Shown here: piece after piece, positions 1-10,181 of the stretch
How the letters are laid out: each line of letters starts with the position of its first letter
Numbering within the stretch: position 1 is the stretch's first letter
The notes under the pieces: model-generated
Databases searched by the model: none
The model's input: only the letters and a program-made list of their open reading frames with translations
Told to the model about the DNA's origin: nothing
Assembly (NCBI GenBank): GCA_038913135.1
Contig: JBCLES010000011.1
Span: forward strand, 3,673-67,672
Direction of reading: 5' to 3'
From: Anaerolineae bacterium
Lineage (GTDB): Bacteria > Chloroflexota > Anaerolineae > Epilineales > Epilineaceae
Length of the DNA: 64,000 bases
Translations under genes and position numbers: made by a program

Positions 1-463
1 ACGCGTACCGTGGAGATGTGAAGGTGGGTCGCAGGCGTGTCAATTCTTCGGTCAGGGGGACGAGGATCCTCTCCCCGACCGAGTCGTGATAGATGGCGGC
101 CGCGCTGATGCTCATCCCCGACTCGTCCCTCAATTCCTCCAATTGGTCGATGACTCCGTTGCCGACAAGTCTGTACTCCGATGTGATGTAACCGGGCAGA
201 ATGAAGACGACGTTCAGCCCGGCCATGCAGGCACGACATTCTGACTTCACCGTCATCGATACGGTCACGGGCTCGCATTCCCGGACCGACGTCGCGGAAA
301 CGGTGCGCGTGATGGCGGTGTGGCACGGACGTGGTTCCGCCGTCCGCGCCTGGGGCGCCAGGCGCGTCGCGTCGTGAGCGTCCGTGTATGCCAGAGGTCC
401 CATTGCACTGGCGAGAAGCGTCAGTCCAGCGGCGACGGCGACGAGACGACGGATGGTGATCAT
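1..463 (-). CDS. Secreted protein, possibly degenerate vWA-like (runs off the window start)
   Basis: Read by hand: MITIRRLVAVAAGLTLLASAMG... signal-like N-terminus, Cys-containing segment, then LNVVFIL; open to position 1. Confidence 0.55.
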   Translation of the reverse strand, partial: MITIRRLVAVAAGLTLLASAMGPLAYTDAHDATRLAPQARTAEPRPCHTAITRTVSATSVRECEPVTVSMTVKSECRACMAGLNVVFILPGYITSEYRLVGNGVIDQLEELRDESGMSISAAAIYHDSVGERILVPLTEELTRLRPTFTSPRYA

Positions 464-723
464 GTGAGCCCTCACAGATCCTACGGGGTTCGAGTAGAGT
501 ATCGGAAAGTCAATCGCACGACCACGAGATTACGCACCGACCACCCCCGCGTCAACCGCCCCTTCGCGCCCCGTAACCGCGCCCGAGCGCACCACCCGCC
601 CGCTCCCGACCGAACCGCTCCCGAGCGCCCCACCCGCCCGCTCGCGACCGACCATCGCACGCTCCCGAGTCCGTCTCGTCCCCCTGGAGTGCCTCGATGG
701 CCGTCGTCGAGTGGGCCGGCACC

Positions 724-749
724 GCGCGAATGTATCGGTGGCCGAACCC
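724..749. repeat. 26-bp dispersed intergenic repeat, copy 1
   Basis: GCGCGAATGTATCGGTGGCCGAACCC, identical to 42785-42810. Confidence 0.85.
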
Positions 750-873
750 CGCAGGATCTGTGTGGTTGCACTTAGGTCGTGCTCTGCTCCAGCCTCAAGC
801 CGTCCGAGGTCCACGACTGCTGAGTTACTTCACGCCCGCGCCGATCACCATCGCCCAACAGCCACAAACCCGA

Positions 874-3800
874 CTACACCACCGCGATCGCCATCCGCGC
901 CGAGTACCCTTCGACCTCGACCTCGACGTCCGTCGCCACAGCCTCGGCGGCCTCTCCGAATTCGCCGATCGACGCGACAATCTCCACCACCAAACACTCC
1001 CGCGCGATCGTCTCCGCATGCCGCTCGACGATCCCAGCAAGCTCTTCGTCCCCCTCCACCGCCAGCCGGATCCGCGCCTGATACGGCAGGTCGGCCGCCT
1101 TCCGCGCCGCCTGCACATGGTGGATCAACTCCCGGACGACGCCCTCCTCCCTCAACGCCTCTGTGATCTCCGTCCCGATCACAACCACCCCCACCCGCCC
1201 CGGCGCCGCCGCCCAGCCTGGCTTCGCCTCGAGCCGAACCTCGACATCCTCCGCCTCGAGCACCACCACGTCCCCGTCGACACTGATCGAGACCGCGCCC
1301 TGGTCCACCACCGCTTGCCGCACCATCGCCGCGTCCATCGAGTCGAGCGCCGCCGCGATCCGCGGCACCCGCTTGCCGTGCTTCGGCCCCAGCACCCGGA
1401 AATTCGGCTTCACGCTGAACTCGACGTATTCGTCCGCGTCGTTCGTGAACTCCACCCGATGGACGTTCAGCTCCTCCGCGATCAAGTCCCCGTACGGGGC
1501 AAGCCGGGCCGCACGCTCCGGCATCGCCAGAACGATCTCCGCGAGCCCGAGCGGCTGCCGCACCTTCAGCGCCGCGTCCGAGCGCGCCGAATGGCCGAGC
1601 GACACGAGCTGCCGCACCAGGTCCATGTCCTCGGACAGAACCTCGTCGATCAACGACTCGTCCGCCACCGGATAGTCGCACAGGTGCACGCTGATCGGCA
1701 CTCGATTGGCCACATCGCCACTGACCGCCGGCTCCGCCACCAGGTTCCGGTAGATCACGTCCGCGATGAACGGCGTGAAAGGCGCGATCAACTTGGACAG
1801 ATCGACCAGTACCTCGTAGAGCGTGTTGTAAGCGTCCCACTTGTCCTGCGGATCGCCTTCCGACCAGAAGCGCTCGCGCGATCGCCGCACGTACCAATTC
1901 GAGAGCGCGTCCACGAACGTCTTCAACGCCGTCGCTGCGGGGAAGTTCTCGAAGCCGTCCATTGCCTGGCGCACCGCTTGCGTCGTGCGATGGAATTCGC
2001 TCGTGATCCAGCGATCGAGCTCGCCCCGCTCCCCCACCGGGCGCCAGCCGCTCCGGTTGGCGCCTTCCGCCAGCCCCGGGTCGAAACCATCCATCCGGGC
2101 ATAGATGTTGAAGAAGCTCAACACGTTCCAGAGCCGGACCAGGAACTCGCGCTGCGCGTCGCGGATCGCCGCCTCCTGGAAGCGGACCGATGTCCACGGA
2201 GGTTGAGCGCTGTAGAAATACCAGCGCATCGCGTCAGCGCCGAGCGTGTCGAATATGTACGTCGGACTCCGATAGTTCTTCTTGCTCTTCGACATCTTGA
2301 GCCCGTCTTCGCCCAACATGAAGCCGAGCACGATGCATGTCTTGTACGGGAACGGGTACTCCGGATCCGGCATGTCGACGTCGGCTTCGGACTCCGGACC
2401 CGAGTGATCGTCTTGGAAAAGGAGAGTGCTGATCGACATCAGGCCGTAGAACCAGCCGCGCGTTTGGTCGATCGCTTCCGAGATGAAGTCCGCTGGGAAC
2501 ATCTCCTTGAAGCGCTCGCGGCTGCCCTCGACGTGCGGATAGCCCCACTGCGCGAAAGGCATGCTGCCCGCGTCCCACCAGCAATCGATCACCTCGACCA
2601 CGCGCCGCATCCGCGCGCCTTCGGCAAACGGACTGTCGTAAGTGATCGCGTCGATCCATGGTCGGTGGATCCGGAGCGCATCGTGTAGGTTCGGCTCAGC
2701 CGCCTTTGCCTTCGTCCATACCTCGGTGCCGCCCACACCTGCCTTCGACAGCAATTCGGAGTAAGAGCCGATCGCTTCCATTTCGCCCGTGTCTTCGCAG
2801 CGCCAGATCGGCAGCGGCGTGCCCCAGAACCGCTCGCGTGAAAGCGCCCAGTCCACGTTGTTGCGCAAGAAGTCGCCGAAGCGGCCCTCCTGGATGTGGT
2901 CAGGGTGCCATTGAACCTCGTCGTTGTTCGCCAGGAATCGATCCTTGAAGCCGCTCGTGCGCACGAACCAGCTGGCACGGGCATATTGGATCATCGGATC
3001 TTCAGGCGCCCGCGGGCAGAACGGATAGTCGTGGCGATACGAATCGCGGTGGTACAGGAGCCCGCTATCGCGGAGCGAAGCGATGATGTCCTTGTCCGCT
3101 TCCTTGATATTCCGCCCGGCGAATCCGTCGCCGGCCACCTCGGTAAAAGTGCCGTCCGGAGCGACTGCGCATAGCAGCGGCACTTCATCCGGATCGACAA
3201 AGCGCCGGCGCTCCGTCTGAAGCAGGTCGAAGTCTACTTCGCCGAATGCCGGGGCCTCGTGAACGAGCCCCGTACCAGATTCGATCGTGACGAAGTCGGC
3301 CGCGAGCACTCGCCAGCCGATATGCGCCCGCCCACCCTCGACCAGCTCGGCCGTCTGCTCACCGAATTCTTGGTAATAGTTCTCGAACGGCGGACGATAG
3401 CGCCATCCGACCAGATCGGCGCCGGTCAAGGTCCGTTCGACCTCGAAGGAATGTCCCGTCAACGCCGAGACCTTATCGACCAGAGCGGAAGCCACCACGA
3501 GCCGGTCACCTACCTCGGCGTCGCGCACGATCGCGTACTCGAGTTCGGGATGAACCGCCGCGAAGTGGTTGCTGATCAGCGTCCACGGCGTCGTCGTCCA
3601 CACCAGGAGGCTGGTGCCCTCTTCGTCGACAAGCGGGAAGCGGACGAACACGCTCGGGTCCTGAACCTCGCGATAGCCCTCGCCGACTTCGCCGGCCGAT
3701 AGCGCGGTGCCGCCCTGCGGCCACCACCAGACCACCTTGTGTCCTTGGTACAGAAGGCCCCGCTCGAAGAGCGTCTTCAACGACCACCACACGCTTTCGA

Positions 3801-4266
3801 CATACGATTCGTGGAAAGTGGCGTAGGCTTCGTCCAGATCGAGCCAAAAGCCGAGCCGCTCTGTCATCTCGCGCCACTCGTCCGTATAGCGGAAGACGCT
3901 GTCCAGACAGAGCTTGATGAACGCTTCCATGCCGAATTCCTCGATCTCGGCCTTGGTGTGGATCCCGAGTTCCTTCGAGACCTCGATCTCGACCGGCAGG
4001 CCGTGCGTGTCCCACCCGGCCTTTCGTTCCACCAGATCGCCGCACATCGTGCGATAGCGCGGGAAAACGTCCTTCATGGCCCGGGTGAGCGCGTGTCCTG
4101 GATGTGGCATCCCGTTCGCGGTCGGCGGGCCCTCGTAGAAAATGAACCGCTTCGCCCCTCGACGGCCCTCGATGGAGCGCGCGAAAACATCATCGCGCTT
4201 CCAGAATGCGAGTACTTGGTGCTCGAGTGCCGGAAAATCGACCTTGCCGGGCAGCGGCTGAAACAT
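874..4266 (-). CDS. ileS: Isoleucyl-tRNA synthetase, type 2 (IleRS2)
   Basis: FYEGPPTANGMPHPGH (HIGH equivalent), GWDTHGLP, WTTTPWTL, DWALSRERFW, KMSKS; start placed at ATG 4266 behind GGAG. Confidence 0.97.
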   Translation of the reverse strand: MFQPLPGKVDFPALEHQVLAFWKRDDVFARSIEGRRGAKRFIFYEGPPTANGMPHPGHALTRAMKDVFPRYRTMCGDLVERKAGWDTHGLPVEIEVSKELGIHTKAEIEEFGMEAFIKLCLDSVFRYTDEWREMTERLGFWLDLDEAYATFHESYVESVWWSLKTLFERGLLYQGHKVVWWWPQGGTALSAGEVGEGYREVQDPSVFVRFPLVDEEGTSLLVWTTTPWTLISNHFAAVHPELEYAIVRDAEVGDRLVVASALVDKVSALTGHSFEVERTLTGADLVGWRYRPPFENYYQEFGEQTAELVEGGRAHIGWRVLAADFVTIESGTGLVHEAPAFGEVDFDLLQTERRRFVDPDEVPLLCAVAPDGTFTEVAGDGFAGRNIKEADKDIIASLRDSGLLYHRDSYRHDYPFCPRAPEDPMIQYARASWFVRTSGFKDRFLANNDEVQWHPDHIQEGRFGDFLRNNVDWALSRERFWGTPLPIWRCEDTGEMEAIGSYSELLSKAGVGGTEVWTKAKAAEPNLHDALRIHRPWIDAITYDSPFAEGARMRRVVEVIDCWWDAGSMPFAQWGYPHVEGSRERFKEMFPADFISEAIDQTRGWFYGLMSISTLLFQDDHSGPESEADVDMPDPEYPFPYKTCIVLGFMLGEDGLKMSKSKKNYRSPTYIFDTLGADAMRWYFYSAQPPWTSVRFQEAAIRDAQREFLVRLWNVLSFFNIYARMDGFDPGLAEGANRSGWRPVGERGELDRWITSEFHRTTQAVRQAMDGFENFPAATALKTFVDALSNWYVRRSRERFWSEGDPQDKWDAYNTLYEVLVDLSKLIAPFTPFIADVIYRNLVAEPAVSGDVANRVPISVHLCDYPVADESLIDEVLSEDMDLVRQLVSLGHSARSDAALKVRQPLGLAEIVLAMPERAARLAPYGDLIAEELNVHRVEFTNDADEYVEFSVKPNFRVLGPKHGKRVPRIAAALDSMDAAMVRQAVVDQGAVSISVDGDVVVLEAEDVEVRLEAKPGWAAAPGRVGVVVIGTEITEALREEGVVRELIHHVQAARKAADLPYQARIRLAVEGDEELAGIVERHAETIARECLVVEIVASIGEFGEAAEAVATDVEVEVEGYSARMAIAVV

Positions 4267-4456
4267 CGCCCGTCTCTCCAGTTGCTGGGAATGTGATTTG
4301 CGTTTGGTCTGAGCCGATTCAACTGTTTTTCGCACGCGGTCCGGCCGCAGACATTGAACGGTCGATTATACGAGGTCGTCAAAAGGGTGGCGATTCCCCG
4401 ATGTATTGGGCGACGCGACGGTCAGACCTTGTGCCCGGATAGCGACCCGCGGTCGA

Positions 4457-5068
4457 TCAGCTCCGTTCGAGTGCCTCCCACCGACGTCTCACCGCCTGGA
4501 TGTCCAGCCACATAAGCGCTTTCGGCGAACCGGGCGCGCGCGATTGGTTGCGCAATAAATAAGCTGGGTGGAAGATCGGCATCGCGGCGCGACCATACCA
4601 GTCGAACCACGTGCCACGGATCTTCGTGATGCCCCGCGTTTCGCCCAGCACCGTTTGTGCGGCCACCCCGCCGGCCAGGAGGACCAACGGCGGATCCACC
4701 AGCCGGACGATCTCGAGAAGCCACGGCCGGTAGTAATCGACTTCTTCCTGGGTCGGATTGCGGTTCTCCGGAGGTCTGCGAAATGCGGAATTCGTCACAA
4801 AGACGTCGCGCTCCGGATCGAAGCCGGCCGCGCGCAGGATGTCGTCCAGAAGCTGCCCCGAGCGTCCCACAAAAGGCTTTCCAAGCCGGTCCTCTTCAGC
4901 GCCGGGCGCCTCCCCGATTATCATGAGCCGCGCCGCCGGATTGCCCCTGTACACTACGACGTTCGTGCCGTGTACAGCCAGAGGGTCATCCTCGAGCGAC
5001 TCGAGCGCTGTGACGAGATCGTCAAGCGATTCGAATCTTGGCGGGGCGTTGAACAAGTCGAATTGCAT
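4457..5068 (-). CDS. Uracil-DNA glycosylase, family 4
   Basis: IIGEAPGAEED, PFVGRSG, RPPENRNP, IFHPAYLLR motifs. Confidence 0.93.
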   Translation of the reverse strand: MQFDLFNAPPRFESLDDLVTALESLEDDPLAVHGTNVVVYRGNPAARLMIIGEAPGAEEDRLGKPFVGRSGQLLDDILRAAGFDPERDVFVTNSAFRRPPENRNPTQEEVDYYRPWLLEIVRLVDPPLVLLAGGVAAQTVLGETRGITKIRGTWFDWYGRAAMPIFHPAYLLRNQSRAPGSPKALMWLDIQAVRRRWEALERS

Positions 5069-5134
5069 GCGGCCGAGTTTGCACCGGCTGCCCGGCAGTC
5101 GTCCAGTGGACGCGAGAAGCGCCCATTCGCCCTA

Positions 5135-6043
5135 TCAGGCTCGGGCCGGCTCCAAGATTCGATCCATGTTATGTTGCTCGATGAGATGCCCTTCGCCTTC
5201 CATAAAACGGGCGCGGCAGGCTGGGATCGATGCTGCCAGCGTCCTTCCCATGGATTCGGGAACGTTACGATCGACCATCCCTTGCCATAGGTCGACCGTC
5301 ATCGAGATATCTCCGAGATCGAAGCCCCATGGCCTCGATAGGATCCAGAGATCGCGTGCCACGCCTCCCGGCCCCTGGCGAAAAGCCTCGATGAGCTGGC
5401 GGCCGATCAGATCGCCGGCGCCTTCGCTGTCCACCGCACGCCGATCCTTTTCCGCCATCCGGCGGGCCATTCTTGGCGGCATCGCGTCGGGATTGCTTCG
5501 CGCCATCCTAGCTTGAGCACCGGCCGCAAGTCGGCAAAAGCCCGGCGCGTGCCCTAAGAGCCACCACGTGGTTCGCGCCGAAGGCGACAATCCGTCGCCG
5601 GCGCCGTCCAGATCCAAGGGCGCGAGACTGTTTACGACAATCGTCGCGATCAGACTTTCGGGCATCAATAGCGCGCAAGCCAGCGCATAAGGTCCCCCGC
5701 CGGAGGCGCCGTAAACGGAAAAACGTTCGAAGTTCAGAGCGTCGGCCAGAGCTGCGACGTCGGCCGGCCAGTCGAGGAGCCGGCGGCCTCGAAGTGGGGC
5801 CGAGCCCCCGATTCCGGGCCGATCCACGGCGACAAATAGCAATCCGTGTGTACCGGGAAGAGCAGCGAGCACATCGAGCCCGATGAGGCGCGAACCGGGT
5901 ACCCCGTGAAATATCATCACCGGTGACCCTTCGGGCTCGCCGGCTGTCGCGTAGGCCAGCGTCCGACCGTCTGGGAGCCGGATTGTGCCCTCACCGTCGT
6001 CGGCGGCGACTTCCGCGCCCGGCTGATTTCGACGGAACATCAA
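5135..6043 (-). CDS. Alpha/beta fold hydrolase
   Basis: FHGVPGSR, DRPGIGGS, GASGG nucleophile elbow, GEGH. Confidence 0.9.
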   Translation of the reverse strand: MMFRRNQPGAEVAADDGEGTIRLPDGRTLAYATAGEPEGSPVMIFHGVPGSRLIGLDVLAALPGTHGLLFVAVDRPGIGGSAPLRGRRLLDWPADVAALADALNFERFSVYGASGGGPYALACALLMPESLIATIVVNSLAPLDLDGAGDGLSPSARTTWWLLGHAPGFCRLAAGAQARMARSNPDAMPPRMARRMAEKDRRAVDSEGAGDLIGRQLIEAFRQGPGGVARDLWILSRPWGFDLGDISMTVDLWQGMVDRNVPESMGRTLAASIPACRARFMEGEGHLIEQHNMDRILEPARA

Positions 6044-7539
6044 TCCAGCGGAAACTCGGCGCCGGAAGCGGTCGTGTCTTCGACCTTCGCTTCCCAGTCC
6101 CCATACTGCCTGACCTGGATCATGTTAGTCGTTCCCGGCCGACCGATGGGCGCTCCGGAGGTAACCACGACGCGCATGTCCGGCTCTATAAGTCCTTGAT
6201 CGACCACTGCCTCGATCACCTTGCGTACCATTTCGTCGGTCGAACTGTAAAAACCGATCGAAATCGGCACCACTCCCCAGACCATAGCCAGTTGGCGGCC
6301 AGTCCTCCGACGATGGGTCGCGCCGATCAGCAGCATCTCCGGTCGCTGAACCGCCGTCGCGCGCGCCGTTCCGCCGGACGAAGTGACCGCGATAATCGCC
6401 CCGGCCTTGGCGCGCCGGGCAATCTCCACGGCAGCCTCGCTTATCGCTCCGTCAAGAGATCGTCTTGCACGCGCCGCACCGCGGCGGCTTAGCTTGCGAT
6501 AAGGTAGCGCCGGCTCGGTCGCGCGCGCGATCGAAGCCATTTCTGCTACGGCGCGAACGGGATAGTCGCCGATGGCCGTCTCTCCGGACAGCATCACGGC
6601 GTCGGTCCCGTCGTAGATCGCGTTAGCGACATCCGACGTTTCCGCGCGTGTGGGCTGCGCTTCGTGGATCATGGACTCGAGCATCTGTGTCGCCGTCACG
6701 ACAGGCACACCGGTCTGATTCGCCACCTCGATGAGTCGCTTCTGGACGACCGGTACGCGCGCCGCTCCGATCTCAAGGGCAAGATCTCCGCGTGCGACCA
6801 TGATCCCATCGGCTTGTTCTGCAATCTCACGGACGTTCTTCACGGCCTCGGGACGCTCGATCTTGGCGATCACAGGGACGTCGCTTCCGGCGTCGGCGAT
6901 CATCTTCTGCAATATCGCCACTTGAGCCGCATCGGCGACGAAGGACAGCGCGAACCAATCGACATCGTGCTTCAGTCCAAAGGCGACGTCCAAGCGATCC
7001 TTGTCGGTAGGCGATGCTATATCAAGGTGAGTATCCGGCAGATTGATGCCCTTCCGCGACCCGAGCAGACCGCCTTCGACAACCTCTGTCACGATTCCCT
7101 TTTCCGAAACGCTCCGCACGATGAGTTCTATGCGCCCGTCCGCAATCAATACGCGGTGCTCAGGTTCGATCTGCTTGATCACCTCGTCGGCATAGGCAAT
7201 CCAGACGCGTTCTGAGGTTCCGTTGGATCGATCGGCGTCAAGTACGAACGTTGCGCCGTTCTCAAGCTTCACCTCCGGCTCTACCAAGCCGATTCGCAGC
7301 CGCGGACCCTGAAGGTCGATTAGGATCGCGATAACCGCGTTCTCCAGCTCGGCAGCCTCGCGGACCATCCGGATGCGCTTCTCATGTTCCTTGTGTGAAC
7401 CATGGGACATGTTCAAACGGGCGACGTTCATACCGGCGCGGATCAGCTTCCGGATCGTCTCGAGATCGTTGGTGGAAGGACCGAGGGTCGCGACGATCTT
7501 GGTCTTGACACGGCCATGAACAGGTTTGGCACCTGTCAT
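6040..7539 (-). CDS. pyk: Pyruvate kinase
   Basis: KTKIVATLGP, ARLNMSHG, IAKIE, MVARGDL, TATQMLESM, DAVMLSGETA. Confidence 0.98.
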   Translation of the reverse strand: MTGAKPVHGRVKTKIVATLGPSTNDLETIRKLIRAGMNVARLNMSHGSHKEHEKRIRMVREAAELENAVIAILIDLQGPRLRIGLVEPEVKLENGATFVLDADRSNGTSERVWIAYADEVIKQIEPEHRVLIADGRIELIVRSVSEKGIVTEVVEGGLLGSRKGINLPDTHLDIASPTDKDRLDVAFGLKHDVDWFALSFVADAAQVAILQKMIADAGSDVPVIAKIERPEAVKNVREIAEQADGIMVARGDLALEIGAARVPVVQKRLIEVANQTGVPVVTATQMLESMIHEAQPTRAETSDVANAIYDGTDAVMLSGETAIGDYPVRAVAEMASIARATEPALPYRKLSRRGAARARRSLDGAISEAAVEIARRAKAGAIIAVTSSGGTARATAVQRPEMLLIGATHRRRTGRQLAMVWGVVPISIGFYSSTDEMVRKVIEAVVDQGLIEPDMRVVVTSGAPIGRPGTTNMIQVRQYGDWEAKVEDTTASGAEFPLD

Positions 7540-7599
7540 CCAGCACCTCCTGAATGGTTTCGCCGAAGAGCCGCAGTGCTATCAACTCTCCCTTCAATT

Positions 7600-7998
7600 C
7601 ATGTATAGAGAATATATCGTAGTAACAGTAGGACCTGTGGACTGTGGAGAGACGGCGGCTCGAAAGCGCTGATTGGTACGGCTCGGGTCTGCGCCGACCG
7701 GACCATACGACATCTCGTGGTCGGGGTGCAGGGACGCAAAAAGCTAAAAGGTGGAAGCGGTGTGGACGCCACAAGCACGGAGTTTCGTCGCGCTGGAGCC
7801 GACAATCGATGGATTATGCCCGATTCGACCACCATAAGCGGTACATATTGTGATCGAGGCATGTTAAGACGCCATATCTTGTGGTTCACGTGCCGTTAGT
7901 GATCTGCATGAGTTATCCCCATTTGGACCACGTTATCCCCACAAAGGCGCGTGTTATCCACAGAGTGAAACACTCATCCCGCTGGGTGGATGTTTCAC
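7600..7998. promoter_or_regulatory. oriC: Candidate replication origin oriC
   Basis: Perfect DnaA box TTATCCACA at 7954-7962, TTATCCCCA at 7913-7921 and 7933-7941; AT-rich stretch + GTAGTAACAGTAG (DnaA-trio-like) + GACC + overlapping TGTGGA boxes at 7601-7651; directly downstream of dnaA. Confidence 0.8.
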
Positions 7999-8049
7999 GG
8001 CGAATGATTTATTGGGGGAATTCTGGACTTTGAGCGCCAAGGCTCAGGT

Positions 8050-9423
8050 TCACTTGGCGTAGAGGCGCTCGCGGATCTGGAGGATGTCGCGCCGGAGCTT
8101 AGCGTCCCGATCGGAGAGCCGAGAGATCTTTTCGTAGCCATGCAATATCGTGGTGTGATCTCGCCCGCCGATGTGATTACCTATGGCCGGAAAGCTCGAA
8201 TCGGTCTCCTCGCGCATGAGGTACATGGCGATCTGGCGCGGTTCGGAGACCTTTGATGCCCGGCCGCGCCCGGTCAGATCGTTCTCGGTCAGGCCGTAGA
8301 ACGTGGCGACGATGCGCAGGATGTCGCCGAGCGCTGGCGGCTCGCGACGGATCATGAGATCCGACAGCGCACGCTCGGCGGTCTCGGCATTCAACGGCAA
8401 ATTCTCGCACTGAGCGAAGGCCATCACCCGATTGAGGGCGCCCTCCAACTCACGAACGTTCTGCTGCACCGCTTGGGCGATCTGCGCAAGGACCTGATCC
8501 GAAACCGACACTCCCTGGCGCTCGGTCTTAGCGCGCAGGATTGCGATCCTCGTTTCAAGATCGGGCGGCTCGATGTCGACCTGGAGGCCCCATTGGAAAC
8601 GGGAACGCAGCCGGTCTTCGAGAGTGCCGATCGATTGCGGCGGACGATCGCTCGTCAACACGATCTGACCATCTCCGCCGTGTACGGCGTTGAACGTGTG
8701 GAAGAACTCCTCCTGCGTGCTCTCCTTGCCGGCGATAAAATGGATGTCGTCGACCAGGAGGAGGTCGGCGTCGCGATACACGCTGCGGAATACGTCCGTG
8801 CTGTGAGTTCGGATCGCGTTGATCAGGTCGTTCGTGAATTTCTCCGAAGAGACGGCCAAGACGCGCAGGCCCCTGGCCAGGGTAGCATGGCCGATAGCGT
8901 GCAGGAGATGCGTCTTGCCTAGCCCGACGCCGCCGTAGATGAAGAGCGGGTTGTACCTGTGAGCGGGATGCTCCGCGACCGCCTGAGTCGCCGCATGCGC
9001 CAGGCGATTCCCACTTCCGACCACGAATGTCTCGAAGGTGTAGCGGGAATTCAGGGTCGGGATCGGCGGTGCGATCGGCATCGCCGACGACATCGGCAGC
9101 GCGTATTGCTCGAAGCGATCGGTCCCGTTGCGTTCTGAGACGTCGCGGGAGTTAGACCTATCGCCGGATCCGGGATCGCCCACTATATATCGGCACTCGT
9201 AATGCTCGCCCGCGATGCGCTGCAACGCCGAGCGGATCGTGTCGTCCAATCGATCCGCCAACCACTCCCGCGCCTGTTCGCTCGGAACTTCGATCACAAG
9301 CGCATCGCCCTCGATCGCCACGCCCTCGGTACGCGTGAGCCACGCATCGAAGGTCGCCCTCGTCACCGTGGTCTGCAACTCGTCTAGCGTATTCTCCCAT
9401 AGGACGTGGGCGGGAAAGCTCAC
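8050..9423 (-). CDS. dnaA: Chromosomal replication initiator DnaA
   Basis: LNSRYTFETFVVG, YNPLFIYGGVGLGKTHL, LLLVDDIHF, NVRELEGAL, GGRDHTT; start placed at GTG 9423 behind AGGAG. Confidence 0.98.
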   Translation of the reverse strand: MSFPAHVLWENTLDELQTTVTRATFDAWLTRTEGVAIEGDALVIEVPSEQAREWLADRLDDTIRSALQRIAGEHYECRYIVGDPGSGDRSNSRDVSERNGTDRFEQYALPMSSAMPIAPPIPTLNSRYTFETFVVGSGNRLAHAATQAVAEHPAHRYNPLFIYGGVGLGKTHLLHAIGHATLARGLRVLAVSSEKFTNDLINAIRTHSTDVFRSVYRDADLLLVDDIHFIAGKESTQEEFFHTFNAVHGGDGQIVLTSDRPPQSIGTLEDRLRSRFQWGLQVDIEPPDLETRIAILRAKTERQGVSVSDQVLAQIAQAVQQNVRELEGALNRVMAFAQCENLPLNAETAERALSDLMIRREPPALGDILRIVATFYGLTENDLTGRGRASKVSEPRQIAMYLMREETDSSFPAIGNHIGGRDHTTILHGYEKISRLSDRDAKLRRDILQIRERLYAK

Positions 9424-10023
9424 CGTTGGGCTCCTGAGTCCTGCAGCCATGGGCACACGTCACCACATCGCGGCGCGTGACGGCGCGATGGGACGAGCAC
9501 GCTTCGATTAATCGATCGATGTTGATGAACGGCGGGCCGAGCGATTTGATCACAATGTCTGTCGTTGATTCGCGTCCTGCCGGCCAAGGAATGAAATCAA
9601 GGTCAGGGAACCCATAAGGCGATCGATTCCAGTCGCCGGGTTCGCACACCGTTTCGAGATCTCGCGCTCCGGAGCATGGACGACCGCCGCTGATGTCACC
9701 GATGCCTGCTCTGGAACCGCTGCTTCTCAGTCCACGCCGTTGCCGATGCGAATGCGATCTGCGGCGATTCTACGTCCGCCCGAAACCCACCGCAAGAGGG
9801 GATCGAAGACCACGGTTTCTTCGAACGCATAGAACCTCTGTTCGACGCCGCTGGTAGTAGTAGCACCAACGCGTAAACACAACATGCAGGTCAACTCGGA
9901 GGTGCAATCGACCAGCTGGACCCTTCGAAAACTTTAAGTAAACGCATTCGAGCTAGAACTCATACGGGCTATAGGGCGCATCTCGGCGACGGCCGAGAGC
10001 CAATCTCGAATTTGTTGCGAGCA

Positions 10024-10051
10024 TTGTCAGGCTTCGGCGACCGACTATAAT
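10024..10051 (+). promoter_or_regulatory. Sigma70-type promoter of the ABC operon
   Basis: TTGTCA-N16-TATAAT about 130 bp upstream of the ATG at 10182. Confidence 0.55.
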
Positions 10052-10181
10052 CCCCGCCTGTTCTGCCGCGCCGATCAACTCCATGCAGTTGGTCGGCCGA
10101 CGCTCGTCGGCTTCCCTAGCCGAGCGTCGTGCAGCACTGCGCGGCGACGAAGACGATACGATACGTTCTTAGGAGGAGCGA

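Noticed and set aside
697-2688. Long plus-strand ORF (also 42889-44736 and many similar)
   Set aside because: Antisense shadows of ileS, nosZ and other genes in high-GC DNA, with Arg/His-rich composition and no family motifs.
4267-4440. T-box riboswitch upstream of ileS
   Set aside because: The leader is short and I could not identify a T-box motif or terminator in the correct orientation.
7965-7998. parS site
   Set aside because: GTGAAACA and TGTTTCAC half-sites are in the wrong order and 18 bp apart; more likely a hairpin downstream of dnaA.
9853-9863. Second DnaA-trio element upstream of dnaA
   Set aside because: GTAGTAGTAG has no adjacent DnaA box.
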